A stretch of 43,451 bases of DNA from contig JALAGF010005216.1 of assembly GCA_030167865.1 (NCBI GenBank), positions 1 to 43,451 on the forward strand, in the 5' to 3' direction. The DNA is from Craspedostauros australis (Eukaryota). How positions within the stretch are numbered: the first letter of the stretch is position 1; each line of letters begins with the position of its first letter. This document shows, piece by piece, positions 24,579 to 36,119 of this stretch. Below the pieces are notes generated by a model, which did not search any database, was not told the origin of the DNA, and saw only the letters and a program-made list of their open reading frames with translations. The translations under genes and the position numbers were made by a program.

Positions 24579-27059
24579 TCTGGCAGCTGCGGTTGGGCGA
24601 TGGTGTAGAGTTGAGCTCTGCGAGTTGAGCTCTGTGCGAGTGATACTGTAGAGTGTTGCGGAGTGCGATGCAATGTTGCTGATCAACCAACTCGTCAACA
24701 AATTGATCAATGGATTTGAGCAGTCAAAGAACCAGGTACCCGACTTCGAGGACGGAGTTGAATGTGACGATCAGCGTGTCGGTATGGAAGTGATGTTGCG
24801 GCGGTGTAGATTGAGCGTGTGCTGCCTCTGGCTCTCGCTGTTGGTTGCGTTGCCGTCGATTGCGTTTTGTGGGGCCCTCTGGAGCGAACTGAGGTGAAGG
24901 CGGATTGCCGTTGGAGTGATGTTGTGATGCGAGTACGAGCTGCGGATGATGGTGGCTGGTGATGCGGATGCCTTGCACGTGCACTATTGTGTCTCCAATT
25001 GCCTCCTTGTTTGCGCCAGACGGATCGAAGGCGACTTTGCGATTCGACGCAACGTGACAAGTGTTCCCGTGATGTGTTGCCTTGCGTTGCGTTGCGTTGT
25101 GTCGAGATGATGCGAGGCTTGTTGCGCTCTCAGCCGCGCTCGAGGCCTTGGGTTGCGTGTGCACTCCTCGAGCAAACGCCAACCACGAAGAACAGCGGAA
25201 GTGCGCGCGAAAGTTCCATTCAGGGGACGAAGCAAGAAACACGCGCAAGGAAAAAACGCACAGGCCAACCAGCCACGGAGGAAACAAACGAGGCAAGAAG
25301 CAATGACAAAGGCCAACAAAACCACCATCAGCGCGAAAAAGCGCGGTCCCCAGAAGCCACACCCACGTCGCCACACACGCCACCAGAGATCAACGAGCAG
25401 CAAAGCAAACACCAAGCCGCCCAATTTTGAACCCTCACTTAGGGGCTTTTCCATGAGAGCCGAGGGCACGCGCGAGACGAACCCCTAAGTGATGAAGCTA
25501 AAGTTTCCTGTTTCTCGATGGCAGGCGTAACGTACACAGGCTTGCGTACTGGTTCAAATGTCATCAACAGCAACCTTCGTGCAACAAGCTTGCGTAGCAC
25601 ATGGATCGACAAGGAAAAACAACCAATACACACACGACAGAAATTTTGAATTCTTGGAGAGATCGCGCACTCTCCGCCGTTCGTCCTTCACCGGTTGGCG
25701 TGGCCGAACAGCTAACATGGACAGGAACACCGGATTGTTCTCGTGACGCAAGACAATCAACCTCGGCGCGCCGACGTCATGCACGATGACATTCAGCCAC
25801 CCGTCCCAGCCAATCGAAACCGATCAATCCGCGAGCAGTATTTGGATTTCGCTTGCGGCGCACCCATTGGCACGCGTTCGGACATGTTTTGATGTCCAAT
25901 ACAACACGTGCTTCATCCGTTCTGGTTCTCATGTTTTGTGACCACCAACATCAACGCCAACACCAACCGCCGCTTCGTCTCCCCCACGATCCAACGCAAA
26001 ACTAGGGAGACAAGCCGGACTCGACAGGACAGTGTTGAACATAGCACCATAGTCGTACGGCACAGAGCAGAAGAGTAGGTTGCAAAACCTACAGGAGAGT
26101 CGGTATGCATGTTCGTGTTCGTGCTCGTGTTGACATTGGCAGTGGCAGTGGCGGTGGCAGATTCATTCTGGTATCAAGTACGGCCCTCCAGCAACAGCGC
26201 ATGACGGAACAGAACAACAACAACTGCTGACAACTCGCTTGGTATCCGTCCTGCTCTCGCTGTATCCGAGATTGCCTCCTCAACTGCCATGCTCGTATGT
26301 GGATGGGATCATGTATACTGATACATCCTCGCTTGACCTCATTCGTTGAGAAGCTCACCTGGTTCGTATCCGGAGAAATAGGCTGTAGCATTCGCTGTCT
26401 CTGTTGAGGAGTGAAGACTTGCAGTGGCAATGCAACATACAACGCACGTGCGCACATACGATTTGTGTCAACCCTGTGTTCCCAAGATGGAGAGGTGTCT
26501 TTCATCTCCATCGTTTGCGCGCTCATACATGTACAAAGATCGTGCACGTGTGCAATCAAAGAGATCTTGTCACGGAGATGTGGGCGGTTGTGTTGCGAAT
26601 TGATGTGGTGATGCGGGAAAGCAATCATCTGACTAATTGTTCCAGTTCGAACAATAAACGTCCGCTTGTAGATTCAGTCGTGCGAATGATCGTGATTGGT
26701 ATCGCAAGCAGTATCTCAAACGACAGAGTACCAGTAACATGTTATTCGTCACAATCGTGTCTCGCTCCTCTGTTCCGTCGACAACAGCGACTCGAACGAC
26801 CGCCATGGCGCCACAAACGAAAGATCTGGTGTCTCCATCCATCCGCGCGAACAGAGCACTGGCGTGACCATGCTCACGTTTGGCAAGCAAACAAGGTGAG
26901 GAATGGCCGCAGGTTTGGATGCAATCGACAACATGGTCGTACCTTCCACAGTCCGTTCTCGTTACATCGAAAGCAAACAAAGTGGAGCACTCCAAGCTGC
27001 AAAGAAGAAACCGCACCGGAGCAAAGCACAGAGAACAGAACACGGAGAACACGGAGAAC

Positions 27060-28762
27060 ATGGCACCTCATGACAATGCAAGCATCGCATCAGGCGATGC
27101 GATAGTGGATGGAGAGGCTAGCGCTGCTTCTGCTGCCGCCGCTGGTGGTGCCGACAGCGCCAAGGGAAGGAACGGGGTGCGAGACTGGTTGGCGAAACAC
27201 CATCCGAAGGAGCTCGCGCTGCTGGACAAGTTCGAGATGCAGCTGCGGCTGGGGCGTTTGTCAGGAACCGGCAAGAAGAGCACGACGGACCGTCGCGTCA
27301 TGACGGTGCACACGGTGGAGCTGCTCAAGCAGATGATCGGCAACACGTGGTGGAAATCGCCGGCGCAGCTGCTGTGGTTGCTGCGGGGTCTGGGCCGAGA
27401 GCTGCATGCGGCCGGTGGGTTCCGTGAGCCCGCCATCGGCAACGTCGTGCGCAGGATCATGGCTGCGGTGCGCGAGGAGGCTGCTTCTGGCGCCAAGCAC
27501 GACCAAGACCACCAGCAGTCGCGCGCGCAAGGGCAGGTCGCGGACAAGTCGTCGGCGCCAGGCTCGGCCTCGGCTGGAAATGCGCTGTCGTTGGAGTCCA
27601 TGATGTGGTCGCTGCCGCAGCACGTCAAGAGCCACTCCAGAACAAGGAGCGAATCGCTGTCGCAGCACCCCTCCACCTCCCTGCCAGCTCCCTCGCCATC
27701 GACATCGGCAGATAACATCTCCTACTTCGATGCCGAGAGGCTTCTGCCGGCCCAGTTCTACGAACCGCAACCAGCCCTCAAGCAGGCCGTCATGGAGGCC
27801 ATCCAGGAGATCGCAGCCGACTTGGAAGATCTGCAGGCCAACATCGCACAGCAGGCGACCAACCATATCCACACGGGCGAAGTCATCCTCACCTACGGCA
27901 AGTCCACCACTGTCTACAAGGTACGCCGCTGGTTTGACATGTAGTATGTACCATACGACAAGGCTGTGTCTGGCTTGGTTCGGTTTGGCTCGGTTTGGTT
28001 CACGCTGTCCTTCCTTGGATGCCATCGATCTCAACTCCATGCGACTCACCCGTTCGTTCATTCGCCTCCTGTCATCACATGATTCCTGTCACGTGTGATG
28101 CGAATAACACCACGCATGCTGCGGCATGATGCAATGTACTACTCTCTCCATCTGCTCGATCAACTCAACAATCATGCCACGTCCCCCCGTAATCGGGTCG
28201 ACGACAGTTTCTGGCGGCAGTGGCGGAAAAGAAGCGACAGTTCACTGTGATCGTGTGCGAGAATGCACCCCATTACGATGGTCACGAGATGGCCAGCGAC
28301 TTGGCCAAGGCTGGCATCGAAACCATCGTCATTCATGATTCGGCGGTCTTCGGTATCATGGCGCGCGTGAACAAGGTCTTGCTGGGGGCCCATGCGGTTC
28401 TCGCCAACGGCGGTCTCATCGGACCCGCGGGTTCCAACATCGCGGCGCTCGCAGCGAATCAGAATGCCATACCGGTCGTCTGCCTCACGGGCATGTTCAA
28501 GTTCACACCGCTCTTCCCCCATGGTCAGCAGGACACCCTCAATGATATGCTTTCCGCGTCATCGCTGCTGGGATTTCAGGAGCGCAGTTCGTCCAGCGAC
28601 ATCACGTGGAAGGACGTCGAGGTCGTCAATCCGGTGCACGACTACATCCGTCCCAAGCTCATCAATCTTTACGTCACCAACGTCGGCAGCTTCCCACCAA
28701 GCTACATATACCGTGTGCTGGCCGAGTACTATCACAACGATGATTGGGAGTCGTTTGAGTGA
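27060..28762 (+). CDS. EIF2B2: Translation initiation factor eIF2B beta subunit; exons 27060-27920 and 28208-28762
   Basis: EPAIGNVVRRIMAAVREE, HIHTGEVILTYGKS, VIHDSAVFGIMARVNKVLLGAHAVLANGG, FKFTPLFP and PSYIYRVLAEYY; in-frame GTACGC...ACAG intron (27921-28207). Confidence 0.92.
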
Positions 28763-29084
28763 TCATGCCCATGCAGGAGTGCGTGTGCAGAGTGCTCTAT
28801 ACAGTATTGTATGGAAGGAGCAACATACGCGTGTGGTGCAAGTACTACAGCGTGATACGATCATAACAAGGTGTTATACTTGTTTCCGCATCTGCCTCGT
28901 TTGGCTTCTCCTACGTGCGGGTACATAGGCACAGCATGCTTAACGTTTGTGGCTGGCGCCTTGTTGCCTTGGTGCTGAAAATATGGACTTGCCCGTCCAG
29001 AGACGAATAGAATCGCATCCGAAGGAGGGCATGGGCATGGGTTGTGATCCATTAGATGCAATGGAATGGAGCGCAAAGATTCGG

Positions 29085-29122
<38 letters not shown>
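29085..29122. repeat. (TC)n microsatellite
   Basis: Visible dinucleotide run between two convergent genes. Confidence 0.9.
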
Positions 29123-29125
<3 letters not shown>

Positions 29126-29332
29126 TTGCGTCAAGTATGGTACACTAACGATCCCAAGATTGTGCAAGGCAAGCCTCACCACTCTTCTCTACTATTCACT
29201 CTTGCGTGTTGCATGTCACCGCCAGCAGAGGAGTTGACGTTTCTATCAAAGCAGATAGCTCGAATAGTATGAATGCGACATGCGCTGCTCTCTACATGTG
29301 GGATACTTAACGGAGTTGCTGTCTCGCTCTTG

Positions 29333-30512
29333 CTAGACAACTTCAGACACCTGAGGATCTCCATCGCCACCATCTGCGCCGGAAGAAGGTGTCGACGATG
29401 GGTTTGGGCTTGTGCTCATCTCGAGATCATTGCCAACATCGTCGTCACCGTCCAGATCATCCGAACTCACTTTTGTCGATGTTGCTGCATGCGGCTTCGT
29501 CATGACGTCGGTATCGTTCAATGCACGCCCCGTCATCTCATCCATACCATCGCCCTGGCTCGTCGTCCACCACGCCAGCGTGAAGACGGGGATGCCCTGT
29601 CGGTAGGCCTGCATCCAGCCAACGACGCCATACAGGAAGGACGCGAAGCCGCACAAGAGCGCCACGAACGGATCCAACCACCAAACGTCGCTGTCATTCT
29701 CAATAATAATGGTGTTAACGAGCAAGGCCACCGCGAGGACCGAGCCGATCAACGAGCAGATGCCGTCCTTGTACAAGCTCGCCGACTGCAGCTTGTCCGC
29801 GTAGTGGAATTTGAAGATGCACAGAGTGCCGAACACTATCACGCTGAAGCAGGCAATGACGACCACGTCCTCCAGCTCGTACTTTGGCTCTGCTTGTCCT
29901 GCCGCAAGGTCATCCGCCGCTGCGCCGAACACTCCCAGCCCCAAGAAAATGAGCACGAGTGAGATGGCCATGCTGGCACGCTTCTCGCGCTTTTGCAACA
30001 GCTGCTGGTGCGCCATGGCCGCTGTGGCCGAACCCTCGGGATCCTTGTTGGATCTCATGTCGAATCGCCACAGCACGACGGCACTGGAGAGGAAGTCGAC
30101 GCAATTCTCGAGCCCGAATACCAGGCAGAGATCGGATCCGGTCGTCTGCATTGCATGGCGTCGGCGTTGTCGTTATCGTCGTCGCGAGGGAATTGATTGA
30201 GATGTGAGACATTTGATGAGCGATGGGTGTTCGAGCAGTTCACCTGAATGTTTGCTTTGAGAACAGAATCTTGGGCCGTACGAATACTGGAGCATGCGGC
30301 AACTCCCTCTCCAGAGGGAGAGATAGAAAAGCGCATGATCTTGCGGTGGACAATTCTCATGAATCCAGGCAAACGCAGATGCAAATCTGAGCAGCTGGAC
30401 TTACCGCGAACAGCACAATGCCACCAACGGCGGCGGACAGCGTCAGAACGACGCTGATCCAACTCAGAATGTACGCATCCTTGGCTTTCGGTTCTGACCA
30501 ACACGAAACCAT
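29333..30512 (-). CDS. TMEM163-like (CDF-related) membrane protein, putative divalent metal transporter; exons 30512-30405 and 30145-29333
   Basis: Exon 1 (not in the ORF track) reads MVSCWSEPKAKDAYILSWISVVLTLSAAVGGIVLFA; GTAAGT...TGCAG intron; then FGLENCVDFLSSAVVLWRF, REKRAS, SASLYKDGICS and WWLDP. About six hydrophobic segments. Confidence 0.78.
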
Positions 30513-31100
30513 TGTGTCTCCTGAACTTGCTGCACCTGCTGATGTTCTTCTCTTTGGTTTACCGCGCGAGTATCCAACTCGTCTGTCTTGAGGGCGACAG
30601 CTTTCTTGATTGTGTCAGAATCGATGTGCAATGTTCAACCTTCGTGTGCGTGTGTTGGCGTTGGGATCCACGATGGATGTTGGTGATGATGGGTGTTGTG
30701 TCCAAAAGAGAGATGAACACGATGCTTGGGCGAAAACAGAAAACAGGCAACACAAAGCGCGCGGTGGTGGTCATTTTGTCATTCGTGTTTGTGTTGCCCA
30801 TTCCGATCAGCTGGGTCGACTTTTTGGTTTGCAACATGACGTCATCGCAGTTGTGCCAGTTGTATATGATTTTAGATGTATTGACTATTTTACCGCATAC
30901 CCTGACAATCGTCTTTGTGTTGTTTGTTCTTCAAAAAGGACGCTCTATTATGAGCTAACAATTGTGGCTAGAATGGTGCTCTCTGGAGATGCATTGTGCT
31001 ATGCTCGTACTCATACTAATTATTCTCATATTTCACTTCAGGACGCAGGCTCTGGTCAATCACACCTTCTTGCATATCGGCGTTATCGTCGTCACTATCA

Positions 31101-32496
31101 CTAATCGTCATCCTCATCGAATTCATCATCGAGCAGTAGATCGTCGATCATGCCGTCCTCGACGAGGTTCTGCAGTCTTTTTTGCCAAACGGAGGCTGAC
31201 CCTGCTCGCAGAGTCATGATGCGCTCGTCCGTGCTTGGGCGTATCCGAATGTCCACTTGCAGCAGGTTTGATGGCAACGGCGCTGGCAGCAGTGATGGTC
31301 TTTCAGTCTCTTGCGACGAAGGGGATTCATGGTCAGCGTATTCTCGCAACCGGATAGGCCATTCGATCAACGAGATGCAGTTGCGGAAGACATAATCCAA
31401 GTGCAAAGGCGCGAATTCATCAGCAGATGTCGCCGACAGCCGGTACAGATCCATGTGATGGATCCTGTCAACCAAGAGAAAGCGACGATATTGATCATGG
31501 TGACGTGAACCAGGTGACCAGCGTGTGTGAGATGATGCGATGGATCCGAATGCGCATGCTCTACTCTAGCATGGTGGACCCGTCAGTGAACGAGCATGGC
31601 AAGAAAAGACAATACGTGTAGGGACATGAGCATGGATATGGCGCTTGATCGCGCTGCGCAATATCGACAGGTACTCACTCAACGGGCTGCTTGTCGTCAT
31701 CTCCGCCCTCGATGGCATCGTCATTGTAGACGTAGGTGTTCGACAGCAGATACGTTGGCGAAGTGACTCTCACGTTCGGAGCAGCTGCTGTGAGACTTGC
31801 TGTCTCGCCACCATCATCAGTCCCATTCCCGCTGTCATCACCAATGGGTTGGCTCTCCCCTCCTAACTTGCAAGTGATGAACCCGCGCGAAAAAGCCGTC
31901 TTGCCTGCACCCAAATCACCGTCCAGCAATATGCAATCGGGCGGTCCCGAAACGCACGAGAGCAATCCCGCCACTTCCTCCATCTCCTCCACGGTTTCGA
32001 TGAGGAGCGGCAGCTCATACATGTCGTGCGAAACATTGGCGTGATCATCATCACCTCCACCCCAGCTTGTGCTTGCCAACGATCTTCCTCGTCTCGATTG
32101 CAATTGTGACTGCAATTGTGCTGATGGGTGCGATCCCTCCATGTGCCTGTGGCTCCGCCGTGATTTGCGAGCGTCGCCGGTGATACCATGCGAAAACATC
32201 ATTGATGATGATAGTGAGTGGAATGCGGCGATCCCACTACTCGTACTTCGCAAATGGTTGCGGGATAGTGTCTGCATCGTTGGATGCGGATGGCATTGTC
32301 CGAGGCTGGCTAGTATCCTTGAGAGGTTCTGCGCATGGCGATTCAGTTGGGGGCGCATGCGACGATGCAGGACGGGATATGCCATTGCGCTGTGCCGAGA
32401 GTGCAACAGAACCCCACGCCAGAGCACGGCGATGCAAGTTCCCACGATTGCAGGGAGCCTGAAAGGAGCGAACGAGGTGGACCGTGGAGCTCTCAT
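31101..32496 (-). CDS. tsaE: tRNA t6A biosynthesis ATPase TsaE (YjeE) with long N-terminal presequence; exons 32496-31679 and 31464-31101
   Basis: ILLDGDLGAGKTAFSRGFI, VTSPTYLLSNTY, IHHMDLYRL and LIEWP; in-frame GTGAGT...GACAG intron (31465-31678). The start codon is uncertain. Confidence 0.88.
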
Positions 32497-32855
32497 GGAC
32501 CATAAGATGCCGAAGTTGGCTTTGACAGGCGATGGGACGTAGTGAATAGCAATGAACAGTGCAATGAACTCGTAGCTCGTAGCTGTCGACATCCGATGGT
32601 TTGATGAGTCGCTGCCTTGGTGATTTTACTGTTGTTGCGCTGACCCACCACAAAGAAAATGGAAATCTTGTGTTGTGATCAGTGACAAACCGACGAAGAG
32701 CAGACAGATCGTATCTTTGGTATCGCCAAAGATATCTCCGACTACGCAGATGAGCACAGGAGCAGGTCGTACCACTCGAGAGTATTGGTACTACTAGTTG
32801 CACTAGCGAGAAATCGCATAATAGCTGCTCTGTTACACTTTTAGTTTGCAGGGAC

Positions 32856-35800
32856 TTATGCGTATTGGCGGAGCACGCGAGTCTTGTTCAAGCCGCAAGT
32901 CAGCGCTGATTGCGTTGTCTTGAGTGTGGAGGCGATGCTCGACAGCTTCATGGCGGCTCCCGATTGTCCATTGTCTCCATCTTGCACGTTCGGATCTGTG
33001 CGAGTTGCCGTATCGTCCTTGCCTGTCGCACCAGGCAGCTTCGGCCTGTCCATGGTGACAACTCGATCATCGGCCATGTACACTCCATCCGTGCCGGAGT
33101 GAGGTCCATCAGTCTCGCTCATCGGTCCCCACAATACGGCCGTGTCGCCAACTTTGATTTGGTTGTGGGCACCGGTGCGGTCCGTCGGACAACCAAGGTA
33201 GACCATGAGCATGTCCATGCAGACGTTGCCAGCAACGGGGTACTGATTCCCGCGGATGCAAACCTTCCCGACGCCTCTGCCAAGTTCGCGCGGGTATCCA
33301 TCCGCGAAGCCGATGGTCAGCGTGGCGATGATGGCGCCCGTGGCCGGTGCTTCGTACACGCGGTCATAGCCAACCGATTCGCCAGCACCCAGGGTGGCGA
33401 CGTGACGCACGGATGCGTACAGCGTGCTGATTGGCTTGATCTGAGCGAACGGGCGCTGTCCGAAGATGGCACCGCCGACGCGGACGAACCCACGTGAATC
33501 GACTCCATCTGGTTGCTTGAGGAGATCGTGCGGATCAAAGTGCTGCAGCGACGGCGTGAGAAGAGCGGCGGAGTTATCGACGCTGAGCATGGGAACGGAG
33601 ATGCCCGCCCCACGAACACGCTTCAACAATGATTTGAACTTTTGCACCTGCTGGTCCGTGAACTTGCTCAGCGCATTCGATGCGTCTGCCATGTGGGTTT
33701 GCATTCCATAAAACTCCAGCACGCTCGGGTTGGTGTATTCGAGTTCCACAAGCTCCTTCAAGATCTCGACCGTGTCACGCCAAGTTGGTTGTTGCTGCTG
33801 AGAATCTGTCTCGCTCTTCGCCTCGGGCTCGGTCGGTGGGTCCGTCCGGAATCCCAGCCGCCCCATGCCAGTGTCAATCAATGCATGCCATCGCAACGGT
33901 CGCTTGCGAGTTGCGGTTGGAGGTGGTGCGCGAGCTGTGCCATTGGCATGTGGCGGCAAAGGCGGCGTGTTGGTGGATGAAGTCAGCGAAACCGCCGATG
34001 CGGATGCGGCGATGGTCGGTTGCGCCTCGGTCGTCGCTGCACCGTTTTCCGGAGGATCGACGGTCTTGGTTGTTGCGGTGGGAACTGGAGCTGGCACATC
34101 ACCGGCTCCATCCAGATCAGGCGGGGCGACACCAACCTCGCTGATTGCATCTGGATTGGCGGAGAGGCTGCCGCCGCTCACCACCGCGAATGTCTTGCTG
34201 CTGTCATCCGCGACAGCTGCCGTGCTGCTTCCAGCTCCAAACGAGCTTCCGAAGCTGTTGCACGCCTGGTATCGCTGCTGATGCTGACGGGTCCTGGACA
34301 TCTTGGCAGCTTCCTCGATTCCAGCGAAAGTCGCTGAAGAGGTCTTGGTGGATACAGCTGTCACGGTTCCCATGGTTGAGGTCGCCACGGTGCTACCTCC
34401 ATCGGAGTCTGGAATTGATTTGTTGGTTGATGCTGCGGCGGTACTAGTTTGCGTCCCAGCCGTTGATGCAGCCCCAGTTGCCTCCGGCTGAAACAGCGTC
34501 GTGACGGAGGGTTGTGTGGCAGGCGCCTGCGCTTTCTGTTGTTGTTGCTGTTGCTTTTGCTGCTTCATCTTCTCGTGTTCTTCCTTGAAGTGTTGCTGCG
34601 TTTCGGCCGCGACCTTTTGTGCCATGAGAATGGCCCTGACTTCCTTCGCGAGATCTCCACCTGTAACATTGGACAATGTTGCCGCGGCTGCTCGGTAGAC
34701 AGGGGCATCCTCTGTATTGGAGTCATTGGCGGTGTCAGCAAGGCCTGTTCCCAAAGCATCCCGCGGTTCGTGTGTTGGGATGATATCATTATCAATCGTT
34801 GCATCGTTGAATTGACTGGATGTGGTGACAACTGAGGGAATGCCATCCGAGTTGGATGTGTTGGCGCTTGCCCCCTCTTGTGGCGTTGTTGTCCCCTGGG
34901 ATGGCTGTTGGGTGGCTGCAACAGGCCCATCAGCTGGCCTGGTGCCATTGGATGTTGCTGCTGCTGCTGCGTTATTTGGCTTGTTCTTTGCGAGAACAAC
35001 ATGGGCAGCTGCATGTTTTGGTTGTATCGTGAGGGCCCATTCCTTTGTCTCCATCGCTGCGCGTTCGACCTGACTGTACTGCCGCTGCTCTCTGTCCAAC
35101 ACCCATTCGCGCAGAGCGGCCGCAACCTCCGGACCGCTGACCATGCAATCGATGCTGTAATGGGCGTAGTCATCGAAACATCGGGGGAATCCGACGGGTG
35201 GTCCCAGTACGATAATTTGCACGTGCGCTGGACGCCTGGAGATGGTGGAGTGTCTGACAGGTCGCTTCGTGTGGTTGGGTTGGACGTGCGACGCCGCCAC
35301 CGACCTTGCATCTGTGGACAGCGACTGCGAAGATGGTTGGGATGCGATGGTTGAATTGTCTGCGCCGACAGGAGGCAATTGTATGGGTGTTGCCATTGCC
35401 ATTGGCGTTGTGGCTGTTGCTGTTGGCGTTGTGGTCGCAGAGGTGATAGTAGTGACAGTGGTGGCGGTTGATGCCAGGGATGGGACGGTCGCATTCGGAT
35501 CAGTGAAGAGGGATTGGATGGTGGTCTTTCCGGTGAGTGCTGGTGCAACTGGAAGCCCAGCTGAAGATGGCGCGATGGTGGACCCCGATGCCGTTGGCTT
35601 TGGCGAAGTGGCACTCTTGCGCAGGTTGTTCGAGGCGGGAACATGAAGCGCGTTGCCGCTGGAAGTTGGTGTGCTGCCAGCGTCATTTTCGGCGGTGGGA
35701 ACCGCAGCAGCCTGAGCAGACGAAGCATGCGCTGCATGGCGGTTCGGAAACAGCTCCTTGGCCTGCTGCTGGAACGCTTTGCGCAGCGCGATGCCTTCCT

Positions 35801-36119
35801 CCAGGGTGGCGACCGCAAAGGCCTCGGCGCCCATGCGATCCGCCAGATGCAGTGCCGTGGGAACCGCGCCGTGGCCATAGCCATCAGCCTTGACGACCGT
35901 GATGACGGAACACCTCTGACGGTTGGCAGCCGACTCGACCTCGCTGAAGTTGTGCTCCAGCGCATCCAAATGTATTTTGTGAATTGCGCGATGCTGCAGC
36001 TCTGCCGTTGCGGGGGCATTCGTGCTGCTGGTCCCAGCCGCATCTGATTGTGAAGCAGCATCTGCGCTCGCACTGGCAGCTGCCGGCGGGGCACTTTCGA
36101 GTGTTGTTGGGGCCATCAT
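32856..36119 (-). CDS. alr: Alanine racemase-family PLP enzyme (1087 aa, intronless) with very large low-complexity insertions
   Basis: IHLDALEHN, VVKADGYGHG (PLP lysine), AVATLEEGIALR, DTGMGRLG, THMA, NSAA, VRVG, GESVGY (second catalytic Tyr), IGFADG and GNVCMDM all occur in canonical order. Confidence 0.92.
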   Translation of the reverse strand: MMAPTTLESAPPAAASASADAASQSDAAGTSSTNAPATAELQHRAIHKIHLDALEHNFSEVESAANRQRCSVITVVKADGYGHGAVPTALHLADRMGAEAFAVATLEEGIALRKAFQQQAKELFPNRHAAHASSAQAAAVPTAENDAGSTPTSSGNALHVPASNNLRKSATSPKPTASGSTIAPSSAGLPVAPALTGKTTIQSLFTDPNATVPSLASTATTVTTITSATTTPTATATTPMAMATPIQLPPVGADNSTIASQPSSQSLSTDARSVAASHVQPNHTKRPVRHSTISRRPAHVQIIVLGPPVGFPRCFDDYAHYSIDCMVSGPEVAAALREWVLDREQRQYSQVERAAMETKEWALTIQPKHAAAHVVLAKNKPNNAAAAATSNGTRPADGPVAATQQPSQGTTTPQEGASANTSNSDGIPSVVTTSSQFNDATIDNDIIPTHEPRDALGTGLADTANDSNTEDAPVYRAAAATLSNVTGGDLAKEVRAILMAQKVAAETQQHFKEEHEKMKQQKQQQQQQKAQAPATQPSVTTLFQPEATGAASTAGTQTSTAAASTNKSIPDSDGGSTVATSTMGTVTAVSTKTSSATFAGIEEAAKMSRTRQHQQRYQACNSFGSSFGAGSSTAAVADDSSKTFAVVSGGSLSANPDAISEVGVAPPDLDGAGDVPAPVPTATTKTVDPPENGAATTEAQPTIAASASAVSLTSSTNTPPLPPHANGTARAPPPTATRKRPLRWHALIDTGMGRLGFRTDPPTEPEAKSETDSQQQQPTWRDTVEILKELVELEYTNPSVLEFYGMQTHMADASNALSKFTDQQVQKFKSLLKRVRGAGISVPMLSVDNSAALLTPSLQHFDPHDLLKQPDGVDSRGFVRVGGAIFGQRPFAQIKPISTLYASVRHVATLGAGESVGYDRVYEAPATGAIIATLTIGFADGYPRELGRGVGKVCIRGNQYPVAGNVCMDMLMVYLGCPTDRTGAHNQIKVGDTAVLWGPMSETDGPHSGTDGVYMADDRVVTMDRPKLPGATGKDDTATRTDPNVQDGDNGQSGAAMKLSSIASTLKTTQSALTCGLNKTRVLRQYA

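Noticed and set aside
24700..27050. Several 100-230 aa ORFs between the polyamine fusion and eIF2B-beta
   Set aside because: No family motifs, overlapping on both strands and rich in simple repeats; most consistent with a divergent promoter/UTR region.
34565..36094. 509-aa alternative-frame ORF within alr
   Set aside because: Overlaps the racemase on the same strand and has the Arg/Pro/Gln-rich composition expected from an off-frame reading of low-complexity codons.
31101..36119. Bacterial contamination as the source of alr and tsaE
   Set aside because: tsaE has a canonical spliceosomal intron and presequence, alr has eukaryote-style low-complexity inserts, and both are contiguous with spliced eukaryotic genes.
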